A DNA stretch of 64,000 bases from an uncultured Shimia sp. (GTDB taxonomy: Bacteria > Pseudomonadota > Alphaproteobacteria > Rhodobacterales > Rhodobacteraceae), in the NCBI RefSeq assembly GCF_913054185.1, contig NZ_CAJXIV010000005.1, positions 7,253 through 71,252 on the forward strand. Direction: 5' to 3'. A program made the position numbers and the translations under genes. This document shows, in pieces, positions 9,581 to 19,176 of this stretch (its first letter is position 1; every line of letters starts with the position of its first letter). The notes below the pieces were generated by a model. The model ran no database searches. It had not been told where the DNA came from and saw only the letters and a program-made list of their open reading frames with translations.

Positions 9581-9606
9581 AACGGATGGCACCGCTAAAA
9601 TATTCC
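9581..9606 (-). promoter_or_regulatory. ECF sigma-type promoter of the sulfite oxidase operon
   Basis: Minus strand reads GGAAT-N17-CGTT, 64 nt upstream of the ATG. Confidence 0.6.
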
Positions 9607-9747
9607 TTTGAGAGTCATATTTTTTGGGAATGAGCGTGGAGGTCTGGAACACAGCGGGCAAATTGCCCCCTATACACACGTCCTTCTTCGGGTCACACCG
9701 CAAAAAAGTGGTCACGCCACCCGATCGCGAGACCGCACAGACGCCCC

Positions 9748-9785
9748 AAAAATGAAAAAGCCCCCCGGACGCAAATCCGGAAGGC
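9748..9785 (-). terminator. Intrinsic terminator after chemoreceptor gene
   Basis: Minus strand GCCTTCCGGA-TTTGCG-TCCGGGGGGC then TTTTTCATTTTT. Confidence 0.72.
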
Positions 9786-9809
9786 TGATCCCTAAAACGG
9801 GCTCTTTAA

Positions 9810-12020
9810 TCACGCAACCAAGCTGCCTCTGGCCCCGTCATCAGCGTCCTGATCCGGCGCGTGCATGACTTTGAAACCAGACACGGTGGTGGACAGAATC
9901 TTGGATTCCGATTGCGCCCCTTGCATGGCAGAGTTGACTTCAAAAAACGCCGCTGCATTTTCCTGTGTTGATTTGTCCAAACGACCCACCGCCACGTTGA
10001 TTTCGTTAATTCCAACAGAGGTGTCTTTGGTGGCTGCCGCAATGTGGCGAATTTGGTCCGTGGCGCCGTTTACGCCAACGACAATCTCATCAAAGGCTTT
10101 GCCTGTGTCGCGGACCAAAGACACGCCTCGCTCCACAGTCGATCCGGTGGTTTTGATGAGCTCGGAGATTTGTCTGGCAGACTCTGACGATTTTTGCGCC
10201 AAGGCTCGGACTTCAGAGGCCACAACAGCAAACCCTTGCCCAGCTTCTCCGGCACGGGCCGCTTCGACCCCCGCGTTGAGCGCCAGCAGGTTGGTTTGAA
10301 ACGCAATGTCCTCGATAACGGCCAAGGTGCCATCAATTGAATCTGTCGCCGCTTCGATTTCCGCCATTGCCTCAACCGCCAAGCTCATGACCTGCTGCCC
10401 TTGGGCCGCGCGATTGGTGATGTCGTCAACGGAGGTGTTTGCATCAGTTGCCGACGCCGCCATGGATCCAACCGTAGAGGACATCTGCTCCAACGCTGCC
10501 GCGGTTTCTTCCAAGGCCGCGGCGTTTTGTTCCGAGTTTGCCGCTACAGAATCCGTGGTGCGAGACACTTCTGACGACACATTTTCCACAACCGCCGCGG
10601 ATTTTGACACCAGATTGATTTTTTCAGACAGGCTGTCGGTTGCGGTGTTCATCGAGGTGGCGATATCGCCAAATATCCCCTGAAACCCGTCCGGCATCCG
10701 ATAGGTCAAATCCTGCTGCTCTATATGGCTCAGCCCGGTGCGCACCGCTTCCAGACCTTCATTTGCAGAGCTGCCAATGCTGTTCACCTTCACACAGATC
10801 TCTTTGAAGATGCCCTCTTTGTCCTCAGTGCCAAGCTGCCCGGTGAAATCACCACGGGCACAAGCTTCGACCACTTCGGCGATCTCTTCGGCTGCGACCT
10901 TTTCTGAGGCGCGTTGGGCCAACAACAGCTCAATGGAGGCATGTAATTCGGCAATTTCCTTGGCGGAGCTGCGGTATTTCAGCGGTTCTGCCTCATCCCC
11001 GCGGGCAGCGGAGGCCAATGCCTGTGTGCCTTCACGCAAAGGGCGCAGCTGTCGACGGCACCAGATCATCATGGCGCCAAGGAAAAGCGCGATCATGCCA
11101 AGAAGCGCACCCATAGCCCGGAAAATCACCGCATTTTTCTCGGCTTGTTGCGCCGAGAAATCCGACAGCAAAATCAGATCAAACGCAGTGCCGTTTTGGT
11201 CAACCGCAATCCGATTGCGCGCTGCAACAAAGTGATTGTCCCCGACCGCAATCACATCAAAGGTAAGCTCATTGCCAGCAAGCGCGGTCATCGTCGCAGT
11301 CGTGATCGCTTTTGGAGTCGGCACAGCAGACTCTGCGGCTGTGGAATCTTTGTCAGCTGTCGTTTCGGCCTCAGGCACCGCGGGGGCTTCATAGCCTTGC
11401 AGCTCCCATTGTGAGTCAGGCGTAATTTCCGCAAGCAAAACACTCATTTGCATGGCTTCCGCAATCACCGGAAGGCTGGATTGCGCATCCAAGGCTAGCA
11501 TACCGTAGCCCACCACATCACGGCCGGAAAACAGCGGGAACGCATAAACCGCGCCATACCGTGTTTCATCAATCTGTGTGATGCCAAACGCGCGCTGACG
11601 ACTTTCCTTTACGCCGCGAACAATGTCCGGTGCCGTGGCCTGAGAGAGGTTTTCATTGTGGGTGCTGAAGGCGGCAACAACGGACGTTTCTTTGTCAAAA
11701 ATGATCAGATCAGAGATCTCGCCCGACGCGGAGGCCCGGTTAAACGTCGAGGACAGGTCCTCTTGAACGACCGCAAAATCGCCGTCCTTAAGGGCCTTCA
11801 TACTGTCGCGGGCTCGCGACACAGTGCGCCCATGATTGGTCAGTGTCTTCTCGCTGCGTTGCAACACTTGCAGCGCGGCGACACTGGCGTTTTCAGCGTT
11901 TAGGGACAGCAAAGTTGTCTCAACCCGTTTCAGGATTGCCCCGCCGCCAATAACAAAAGCTGCGGTCATAGCCATTGCAAAAATACAAAGCCCCACGACG
12001 ATACGGTTTGAAAGTGACAT
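9810..12020 (-). CDS. Methyl-accepting chemotaxis protein with large periplasmic (Cache-like) sensor domain
   Basis: Two TM helices, HAMP-like segments, hallmark IAFQTNLLALNAGVEAARAGEAGQGFAVVASEVRALAQ. Start at ATG 12020. Confidence 0.93.
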   Translation of the reverse strand: MSLSNRIVVGLCIFAMAMTAAFVIGGGAILKRVETTLLSLNAENASVAALQVLQRSEKTLTNHGRTVSRARDSMKALKDGDFAVVQEDLSSTFNRASASGEISDLIIFDKETSVVAAFSTHNENLSQATAPDIVRGVKESRQRAFGITQIDETRYGAVYAFPLFSGRDVVGYGMLALDAQSSLPVIAEAMQMSVLLAEITPDSQWELQGYEAPAVPEAETTADKDSTAAESAVPTPKAITTATMTALAGNELTFDVIAVGDNHFVAARNRIAVDQNGTAFDLILLSDFSAQQAEKNAVIFRAMGALLGMIALFLGAMMIWCRRQLRPLREGTQALASAARGDEAEPLKYRSSAKEIAELHASIELLLAQRASEKVAAEEIAEVVEACARGDFTGQLGTEDKEGIFKEICVKVNSIGSSANEGLEAVRTGLSHIEQQDLTYRMPDGFQGIFGDIATSMNTATDSLSEKINLVSKSAAVVENVSSEVSRTTDSVAANSEQNAAALEETAAALEQMSSTVGSMAASATDANTSVDDITNRAAQGQQVMSLAVEAMAEIEAATDSIDGTLAVIEDIAFQTNLLALNAGVEAARAGEAGQGFAVVASEVRALAQKSSESARQISELIKTTGSTVERGVSLVRDTGKAFDEIVVGVNGATDQIRHIAAATKDTSVGINEINVAVGRLDKSTQENAAAFFEVNSAMQGAQSESKILSTTVSGFKVMHAPDQDADDGARGSLVA

Positions 12021-12059
12021 ATGTGCTGTCCCCAATAGTTTTCTTAAATCGTTGGTCGA

Positions 12060-12473
12060 TTATTCAATCGGGAAACCCGCATTTTCCCACGCAGGGTAGC
12101 CATCGCGGAAGTAATATACCTTGCCAAAGCCCCAGGAGACGGCCATCTCAGCCGCTTTTGAAGACCGCATGCAGGAGTGGCCGTTGCAATAGAAAACAAC
12201 CGGCACATCAGCGCCGACAACCTCGGCCAGAGCGTCTTGTGTCAGGGCGGATTTCACATCCAGATGCACAGCACCCGGAATGCGGCCCGCTTCATAATCA
12301 GACGGCTTGCGCACGTCGATAAAGGCCACGCCTTCATCAAAAAGTTGAACCGCCTCTGCCGGGGATATCGTGGTTGCGCCGGATACGGTTTCAGGGGATT
12401 GCGCCGCCAGTGCAGCAAATGGCAACAGCACCAGCGCTGCGACTGCCGCGAGTTTGCTCAGAATATGTGACAT
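12060..12473 (-). CDS. Secreted single-domain rhodanese-like protein
   Basis: Signal peptide ending AALAA; FIDVRKPSDYEAGRIPGAVHL, VVFYCNGHSCMRS, YYFRDGYPAW; GGAG RBS before ATG 12473. Confidence 0.88.
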   Translation of the reverse strand: MSHILSKLAAVAALVLLPFAALAAQSPETVSGATTISPAEAVQLFDEGVAFIDVRKPSDYEAGRIPGAVHLDVKSALTQDALAEVVGADVPVVFYCNGHSCMRSSKAAEMAVSWGFGKVYYFRDGYPAWENAGFPIE

Positions 12474-12531
12474 TTGGATCTCCAAGGTTACAGTCCGATT
12501 GGACAATTGGATCCAAGTAAGCGCAATTCCT

Positions 12532-12546
12532 CTAATTTTCTGCTAA
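12532..12546 (-). promoter_or_regulatory. Degenerate CtrA-like box upstream of rhodanese-MCP pair
   Basis: Minus strand TTAG-N7-TTAG versus consensus TTAA-N7-TTAA. Confidence 0.3.
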
Positions 12547-12694
12547 CCGCGAAATACAGGCAGGCTGCACACCCCACCATCTCCCAAAATTAGGCCGCGT
12601 GGACAACGTCGCTGTTACGACAAAGACATCCGCAAACTCACAATCCGACCAGTGCCAAATTGGAGCCTCTCTCGATGTCTCACAACAGCCCAAA

Positions 12695-12723
12695 CACCCG
12701 CGAACGTTGGCTTCTCGCGGGTG
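12695..12723 (-). terminator. Hairpin/terminator after dcp
   Basis: CACCCGCGA / TCGCGGGTG 9-bp stem, short U tail on minus strand. Confidence 0.55.
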
Positions 12724-12745
12724 CTGCTTATGTCACATCTGTCGC

Positions 12746-14758
12746 TCAGGCCGCCAAACCGCGCCCTTTCAAAAGCGCCTCAACACCGGGCAATCGTCCC
12801 CGGAACCGCTTATACAGCTCATCAGCCTCCACCGAGCCGCCGGTTGACAGAATATGTGTCTCCAGCGCGCGGGCCATTTCCGGATCAAACGCGCTGCCCG
12901 CCTCTTCAAAGGCCTCAAACGCATCCGCATCCATCACCTCTGACCACATGTAGCTGTAGTAGCCCGAGCTATAACCGTCTCCGGCAAACACATGGGCAAA
13001 ATGCGGCGTCGCGTGGCGCATGGTGATCGCTGCGGGCATGCCCAACTCAGCCAAAACCTCGGCCTGCTTGGCCATAGGGTCACTTGGAGCTGCGCCCTCA
13101 TGGAATGCCAAATCAACCAATGCAGACGCCACATATTCCACTGTGGCAAAGCCCTGATCAAAGTTCGCCGCGCCCAGCACCTTTTCCAACATCGCCTGCG
13201 GCATCGCCTCGCCGGTCTCCGCATGGGTGGCATACTCTGCCAGAACTTCAGGCACCTCCAGCCAATGCTCATACAGCTGGCTTGGCAGCTCCACAAAGTC
13301 GCGCGCCACCGATGTGCCGGAAATGCTCTCATAGGTCACATTGGACAACATCTGATGCAGCGCGTGGCCAAACTCATGGAACAACGTGCGCGCATCATCG
13401 TAAGACAACAGCGCCGGATCACCCTTTGCAAAGTTGCAGACATTAATGACAACCGGCCCCTGCACCTCAGGAAATTTCGCCTGCCCCCGCATCGCCGAAC
13501 ACCAGGCGCCGGAACGTTTGCCACCGCGTGCAAAGTAGTCGCCAATGAACACCGCCACATGATCGCCATCCCGCGTGACTTCCCAAGCGCGGCAATCCTC
13601 GTGGTAAAGCGGTACATCCAACTCTTTGAACTCCAAGCCAAACAACTTGGTGGCACAGGCAAAACTCGCCTCAATCATCCGATCAAGCTGCAAATAAGGT
13701 TTTAACGCCGCCTCATCCAGATCATGTTCAGCCTTGCGCCGCTTCTCCGCGTAGTAACGCCAATCCCACGGTGCCAGGTCGCCGTTGATGCCATCTGCAT
13801 GCATCATCTCGGTCAGCACGGCGGCATCCGCCTCCGCCCGCGCTTTGGCGGGTGCCCAGACATCCATCAACAACCCGCGCACGGCCTCCGGCGTCTTGGC
13901 CATCTCGGTTTCCAGCTTGTAGTCCGCAAAGCTGGCATAGCCCAACAGCTTGGCCCGCTCTTCGCGCAGCGCCAGAATCTCGCCCGCAATCGCGCGGTTA
14001 TCGGTCTCGCCACCGTTAGCCCCACGTGCTTCCCAAGCCGCAAACGCCTTTTCGCGCAGATCGCGACGGGGCGAGAACTGCAAAAACGGCACGATGATGG
14101 AGCGCGACAGCGTCACAACAGGACCATCCGCGCCTTTCTCTTCTCCAGCCGCCCGCGCCGCATCCACGGCAAACCCGGGCAGACCTTCAAGATCATCCTC
14201 AGCCAACGGCATGAACCACTCGCGCTCATCCGCCAAAAGGTTCTGTGTGAACTCCGTACCCAACACGGCCAACCGGCCTTTGATCTCTTTCATGCGCGCG
14301 TCCGCATCGCCTTCCAACGCCGCGCCCCCGCGCACAAAGCCGCGATGGGTCAACATCAGCACCCGCTGCTGCTCTTCGGTCAGGTCCAACGTGTCGCGCG
14401 CATCCCAAATCGTCTTGATCCGGCCAAACAACGCCTTGTTGGCTGAAATCTCGGCTGAATGCGCCGCCAGTTTTGGCGAGAATTCCCGCTGTAACTCTTC
14501 CCGCGCCGGATTGCTGTCCGCCCCTGCGACCGAGAAGAATACAGACAACACTTTGTCCAAGCCCTCGCCCGCCACTTCCATCGCTTCAATTGTATTGGCA
14601 AAGCTTGGCGCCTCGGCACTCTCAGCAATGGCGTCGATTTCGACCTTATGCGCCGACAAAGCCTGCTCAAAGGCGGGTGCAAAATCAGTGTCAGAAATCT
14701 TGTCAAACGGGGCAAGTTTAAACGGGGTGTCCCATGCGGACAGCAGCGGATTTGTCAT
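12746..14758 (-). CDS. dcp: M3-family peptidyl-dipeptidase
   Basis: MTNPLL N-terminus, KRSGAW, TLFHEFGHALH (HEXXH), DFVELPSQLYE, GYSSGYYSYMWSEVMDAD. Confidence 0.93.
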   Translation of the reverse strand: MTNPLLSAWDTPFKLAPFDKISDTDFAPAFEQALSAHKVEIDAIAESAEAPSFANTIEAMEVAGEGLDKVLSVFFSVAGADSNPAREELQREFSPKLAAHSAEISANKALFGRIKTIWDARDTLDLTEEQQRVLMLTHRGFVRGGAALEGDADARMKEIKGRLAVLGTEFTQNLLADEREWFMPLAEDDLEGLPGFAVDAARAAGEEKGADGPVVTLSRSIIVPFLQFSPRRDLREKAFAAWEARGANGGETDNRAIAGEILALREERAKLLGYASFADYKLETEMAKTPEAVRGLLMDVWAPAKARAEADAAVLTEMMHADGINGDLAPWDWRYYAEKRRKAEHDLDEAALKPYLQLDRMIEASFACATKLFGLEFKELDVPLYHEDCRAWEVTRDGDHVAVFIGDYFARGGKRSGAWCSAMRGQAKFPEVQGPVVINVCNFAKGDPALLSYDDARTLFHEFGHALHQMLSNVTYESISGTSVARDFVELPSQLYEHWLEVPEVLAEYATHAETGEAMPQAMLEKVLGAANFDQGFATVEYVASALVDLAFHEGAAPSDPMAKQAEVLAELGMPAAITMRHATPHFAHVFAGDGYSSGYYSYMWSEVMDADAFEAFEEAGSAFDPEMARALETHILSTGGSVEADELYKRFRGRLPGVEALLKGRGLAA

Positions 14759-14914
14759 CAGATGAATCTCCTTTGCGCCCACCCTAGGCAGCGCTCCAAG
14801 GAGGTGCAATCCACCTCACCAATCCGTGCGCAACTGCACAACGTCGCGCGTCATGTGCGCCGATCGCCACAGTCGCAAAACAGTCGTGATACAGACACAA
14901 TACCGACGCGTAAA

Positions 14915-15970
14915 TCAGGCGTTTTTGCCGCCGCAGGTTGGGCAATCCGCGCGGGACTTGAGGCCAATTTTGCGGGTCTCCCCCCACAGTGCATCATAGA
15001 TCATCATCTCGCCGCGCAAGGCCGCACCAGCCCCGGTGATCACCTTGATTGCTTCCGCTGCCATCATGGTTCCAACCACGCCGGGCAGCGGCCCAACCAC
15101 CCCGGCCTCTGAGCAGCTTGGCGCCATGCCCGGCGCAGGCGCCTCGGAAAAAATGCATTGATAACAAGGAGTTCCGTTGGCCGGATCAAACACGCTCAAC
15201 TGCCCTTCCCATTGAGAAAGAGCGCCCGAAATCAACGGCTTGCCGAGCGCGACACAAATCTCATTGACCAGGTAGCGCGTGACAAAGTTATCCGTGCCAT
15301 CCAACACCAAATCATAGTCGCCAATGATCTCCGCCGCATCCTCTTCGGTCAAACGACGCGGATACGGCACCACTGTCACAAACGGGTTCTGCGCCGTCAT
15401 AGCCTCCGCCGCCGACAGTACCTTTGGCGTGCCAATTGCCTCATCTTTGTGGATCACCTGGCGCTGCAGATTGGAGTTGTCGACCACGTCGTCATCAACC
15501 ACGCCAACCGTACCCACGCCGGACGCTGCCAAATACAGCAAAACCGGCGATCCAAGACCGCCAGCGCCAATCACCAACACCTTGGATTCTTTCAGTTTTT
15601 TCTGCCCCAATCCACCCAATTCACGCAACACAATATGGCGTGCATAGCGGTTCAATTCGGTGTCGGAAAACAGCTCCTGCGCCGCGTTTTCCTGCGCCAC
15701 ATCTTGCGCTTTATTGTCAGCCTTTTGGCGCAGCCTTTGCAGTATCGAAGAATAGACAACAATCACGGCCACAACCCCGCCAATCAATAGCCACATCGCC
15801 AAGCTCCCGCCAGTCGCAATCACCAATTGATGCTGCGGCGGGAAAACGATCTGCACCCCCAAAACAGCCACATACAGCAGACCAATCATGGTCCAGCGCG
15901 CAGACTTTGGCGCGCCGATCACCATGCCAATCCCCCATAGAGCGGCAACCATCACAAGCACCAACAGCAT
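14915..15970 (-). CDS. moeB: MoeB/ThiF/HesA-family adenylyltransferase with N-terminal membrane segment
   Basis: RYARHIVL, VIGAGGLGSP, DDDVVDNSNLQRQV, DGTDNF, CYQC, CSEAGVVGPLPG, CPTC. Confidence 0.88.
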   Translation of the reverse strand: MLLVLVMVAALWGIGMVIGAPKSARWTMIGLLYVAVLGVQIVFPPQHQLVIATGGSLAMWLLIGGVVAVIVVYSSILQRLRQKADNKAQDVAQENAAQELFSDTELNRYARHIVLRELGGLGQKKLKESKVLVIGAGGLGSPVLLYLAASGVGTVGVVDDDVVDNSNLQRQVIHKDEAIGTPKVLSAAEAMTAQNPFVTVVPYPRRLTEEDAAEIIGDYDLVLDGTDNFVTRYLVNEICVALGKPLISGALSQWEGQLSVFDPANGTPCYQCIFSEAPAPGMAPSCSEAGVVGPLPGVVGTMMAAEAIKVITGAGAALRGEMMIYDALWGETRKIGLKSRADCPTCGGKNA

Positions 15971-16437
15971 CAGCTCACTCCCGTCGAGCCAAACCCACCT
16001 GCGCCACGGCTGGTCTCGCTAAGCTCTTGATCCAATTGAAACTCCGCGACCACAACCGGCGCCACAACCATCTGCGCAATGCGCATACCGTGGCTAATCT
16101 CCACCACCTCCGGCCCCGCGTTTAAGACGATCACTCCCAATGGTCCGCGATAATCGCTATCAATTGTTCCGGGACTATTGGGCAATGTAATCCCATGTTT
16201 GAGCGCCAAGCCAGAGCGCGGCCGCATTTGCACCTCAAAACCTGCGGGGATTTCCAACGCCAATCCGGTTGGTATCAGGGCCCGTGCGCCCGGTACCAAA
16301 GTGACGCCATCCCGTTGATTCGGCGGAAAATTTGCCCGCACATCCGCACCAGCCGCCCCTGCTGTTTCATAGGACGGCAAGGCCACGCCTCGGTCCGCAT
16401 CGTCCAACCATTTTAGCTTAATGGGCACCGCCGCCAT
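15970..16437 (-). CDS. dut: dUTP diphosphatase
   Basis: AGADV, RPRSGLALKHGI, PGTIDSDYRG, RIAQMV, RGAGGFGSTG. Confidence 0.97.
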   Translation of the reverse strand: MAAVPIKLKWLDDADRGVALPSYETAGAAGADVRANFPPNQRDGVTLVPGARALIPTGLALEIPAGFEVQMRPRSGLALKHGITLPNSPGTIDSDYRGPLGVIVLNAGPEVVEISHGMRIAQMVVAPVVVAEFQLDQELSETSRGAGGFGSTGVS

Positions 16438-16478
16438 ATCTTCACTTTCCAAAAAACATTCCCGCCTGAGGCCGCGCG

Positions 16479-17675
16479 TCAGCCGATGAGAGCTGTCGCC
16501 AAACGGGCCGCGAGTTTCTCTGCGACCTCAGCCTTACCCATACGGGGCCAAGCCTCTGATCCCGCGTCCGAAATCAAGGTCACCGCGTTTTCACTGCCGC
16601 CCATAATTCCAGTGGCTGGGCTCACATCATTTGCAACAATCCAGTCGCAGCCTTTGCGCAACCGTTTCGCCGTGGCGTTGTCGATCACATCATCAGTTTC
16701 GGCAGCAAACCCAACCACCAGCCCAGGACGCCCCGCGCCCATCTGGCTCACCGTCGCCAAGATGTCCGGGTTTTCTGCAAACTCCAAAGTAGGCAATCCG
16801 CCCTTGGTCTTTTTTATCTTGCTGTCAGAGGCACTTGCCACCCGCCAGTCTGCCACCGCAGCACAGAAAATTGCGGCGTCCACTTGCAACGCACTCTGCA
16901 CCGCGTCCATCATTTCCGCCGCTGTTTGCACCTCAACCAGCTGAACACCTTCAGGTCGGACGGCATCCGCAGGTCCCGTGACAAACACCACCTCTGCGCC
17001 CAGTTTTACCAACGCATTGGCAAGTGCCGTACCCTGCGCACCTGAGGACCGGTTTGCGATATAGCGGACCGGATCAATTGGCTCATGTGTTGGCCCAGAC
17101 GTCACCAAAACCCGTTTCCCGAGTAACGGCCCCTCCGACAGAGCACCCTGCACCGCATGTACAATTTCCATCGGCTCAGACATCCGCCCTGGCCCAAACT
17201 CACCACAAGCCATGTCGCCCTCATTGGGACCAACAAAGCTCACGCCATCCGCCTTCAACTGCGCCAGATTGCGCTGCGTTGCCGGGTGATCCCACATGCG
17301 CACATTCATCGCAGGTGCCACCAAAACTGGCGTGTCCGTCGCCAACAACAGCGTTGACGCCATATCATTGGCCAGCCCATTGGCCATCTTTGCCATCAGA
17401 TCCGCTGTCCCCGGTGCAACCACAATCAAATCGGCCGAACGCGACAATTGGATATGCCCCATGTCCGCCTCGTCTGTCAAATCAAACAGGTCGCGATACG
17501 CTTTCTCTCCCGCGAGGGAGGACACCGACAAAGGTGTCACAAATTCCTCGGCTGCACGGGTCAAGACTGGCGTCACCCATGCCCCGCGTTCCCGAAGCCG
17601 ACGGATCAGATCAAGCGACTTATACGCCGCGATTCCACCGGCTATGATCAGGAGAATTCTTTTGTCCGTCAGCAT
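16479..17675 (-). CDS. coaBC: Bifunctional phosphopantothenoylcysteine decarboxylase/ligase
   Basis: GGIAAYKS, HIQLSR, PAMNVRMW, GEFGPGRM, TSGPTHEPIDPVRYIANRSSG, AAVADWR, VGFAAET. Confidence 0.96.
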   Translation of the reverse strand: MLTDKRILLIIAGGIAAYKSLDLIRRLRERGAWVTPVLTRAAEEFVTPLSVSSLAGEKAYRDLFDLTDEADMGHIQLSRSADLIVVAPGTADLMAKMANGLANDMASTLLLATDTPVLVAPAMNVRMWDHPATQRNLAQLKADGVSFVGPNEGDMACGEFGPGRMSEPMEIVHAVQGALSEGPLLGKRVLVTSGPTHEPIDPVRYIANRSSGAQGTALANALVKLGAEVVFVTGPADAVRPEGVQLVEVQTAAEMMDAVQSALQVDAAIFCAAVADWRVASASDSKIKKTKGGLPTLEFAENPDILATVSQMGAGRPGLVVGFAAETDDVIDNATAKRLRKGCDWIVANDVSPATGIMGGSENAVTLISDAGSEAWPRMGKAEVAEKLAARLATALIG

Positions 17676-17741
17676 TTAGCAGACCTCTTTTGCGCTCAGG
17701 TGCCCAAACCTAGGCTGTGACAGCCCAAGGGGCAAGTTAGG

Positions 17742-18533
17742 TTATTTGAACGCCGCACAGGGATCATCCCGTTGGGTGGCCTGAGTTACAATCCACAAAT
17801 CAAACGGCTGCTCGCCCTCCGGTTTGTCTTCAAATTGTCCAAACGACATCGAGTAAACTTCCGAGGGCAGGAGCGCCGGTGCGCCCCAATCCGAACGTGC
17901 ATGTCCATTGCCCGTGATCACTGCGACCGGACCACCAGCCTCTGCCAAGGCCTCGGTCACCGCCTGTGCCAAGCGTGCATCGCGCAGCCGCTGCGCCATA
18001 ACCATTCCGGGCAACATATCTTTTGGCAAAGCGTTACAATGGGCCGCCAATTGCAGCGCCTCGCGCTCTTCTTGTTGCCCTTTTGGCAACGGTCTAGTCA
18101 ATCCAAACGCGGCCCCAGCCCCATCCAAAAGAGCCCCAATGTCTCCCCCGCTGAACGCGACACCCGCAGCCTCCCGCGGCACCTGCGCCCCGTAAACCTT
18201 GGCCCCGCCAAGAGCAGCAAACACCGGATAGTACATCTCAAAATCCGGCCAGCCGCTCTCTGCCCAGCCGAGCGCCGCCTCCAATGCGTCTTGGTCATCC
18301 AACAACTCTTCCGTCACTCGTGTCGCCTGTTCCGGCACCAACATCTCAAACACCACCGCTTTTGGCGTGATCGCCATCAATGCTTGCGCCTGGTTGTCGT
18401 GGTGGGTTGGATTGTCATGAATTTCCCCAAGGAAAATCACATCCGCATCGCGGAACACATCATAAGCCACATTTTGTGCCTCGCTTGGCGCTGCAAGCAT
18501 CGAGAACGCCAATAAAGAAAGTATCTGCTTCAT
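17742..18533 (-). CDS. ChaN-family (haem-uptake/Tiki superfamily) secreted protein
   Basis: Signal peptide; VIFLGEIHDNPTHH, VVFEML, MVMAQRLRD, VITGNGHAR. Confidence 0.75.
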   Translation of the reverse strand: MKQILSLLAFSMLAAPSEAQNVAYDVFRDADVIFLGEIHDNPTHHDNQAQALMAITPKAVVFEMLVPEQATRVTEELLDDQDALEAALGWAESGWPDFEMYYPVFAALGGAKVYGAQVPREAAGVAFSGGDIGALLDGAGAAFGLTRPLPKGQQEEREALQLAAHCNALPKDMLPGMVMAQRLRDARLAQAVTEALAEAGGPVAVITGNGHARSDWGAPALLPSEVYSMSFGQFEDKPEGEQPFDLWIVTQATQRDDPCAAFK

Positions 18534-18654
18534 GGCGCCACAAAACCGTGCACCGCCAGCAGATGCAAGCCCACGTCGTGTCGCACATGGTATTCCACCT
18601 TGCTCCGCAAAAGCGAATGTCGCAGGGTGCGGCTAACATGAGAAAGATCTATCA

Positions 18655-19176
18655 ATGCTGCCAAAACTGAGCCTCATTTTAGGGGGCGCTGCGTCCGGAA
18701 AATCCGCCTTTGCTGAAGCTCTTGTGATGGCAACACCGCAGCCCCGCATCTACATCGCGACAGCTCAGACTTTTGACGAAGAAATGCGCCAAAAAGTAGC
18801 CAAACATCTCACCCAACGCGGGCCGGTGTGGCGCACCATCGAAGCGCCTTTGAACGTCGCCGATGTGTTGACGGAGTTGCCCAACGATGCTGTTGTTCTG
18901 CTGGACTGCGCCACAATGTGGCTGTCCAATCAAATGCTTGCTGAACACGATTTGGCGAAAGAGCAAACCAAACTGCTGGATGCATTGGCAGCTTGCCCTG
19001 CCCAAGTCGTGGTGGTGTCAAATGAAGTCGGCCTGGACGTCGTCCCAGAAAACGCGCTGGCCCGTCGCTTCCGGGACGCCCAGGGCGCGTTGAACCAAAC
19101 GATCGCTGCTCAGGCCGATCTGGCCGTGCTTGTCGTGGCGGGGTTGCCGATGGTGCTTAAAGGAGAACTGCCATGA
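18655..19176 (+). CDS. cobU: Adenosylcobinamide kinase/adenosylcobinamide-phosphate guanylyltransferase
   Basis: LILGGAASGKS, YIATA, LLDCATMWLSN, VSNEVGLDVVP, RRFRDAQGALNQ. Confidence 0.95.
   Translation: MLPKLSLILGGAASGKSAFAEALVMATPQPRIYIATAQTFDEEMRQKVAKHLTQRGPVWRTIEAPLNVADVLTELPNDAVVLLDCATMWLSNQMLAEHDLAKEQTKLLDALAACPAQVVVVSNEVGLDVVPENALARRFRDAQGALNQTIAAQADLAVLVVAGLPMVLKGELP

Noticed and set aside
17742-18533. ChaN protein as a lipoprotein of a haem-uptake system
   Set aside because: No lipobox Cys, and no TonB receptor or haem ABC genes adjacent.
18534-18654. Cobalamin riboswitch upstream of cobU (and of ecm, 44962-45153)
   Set aside because: Leaders are short and show no B12-box sequence.
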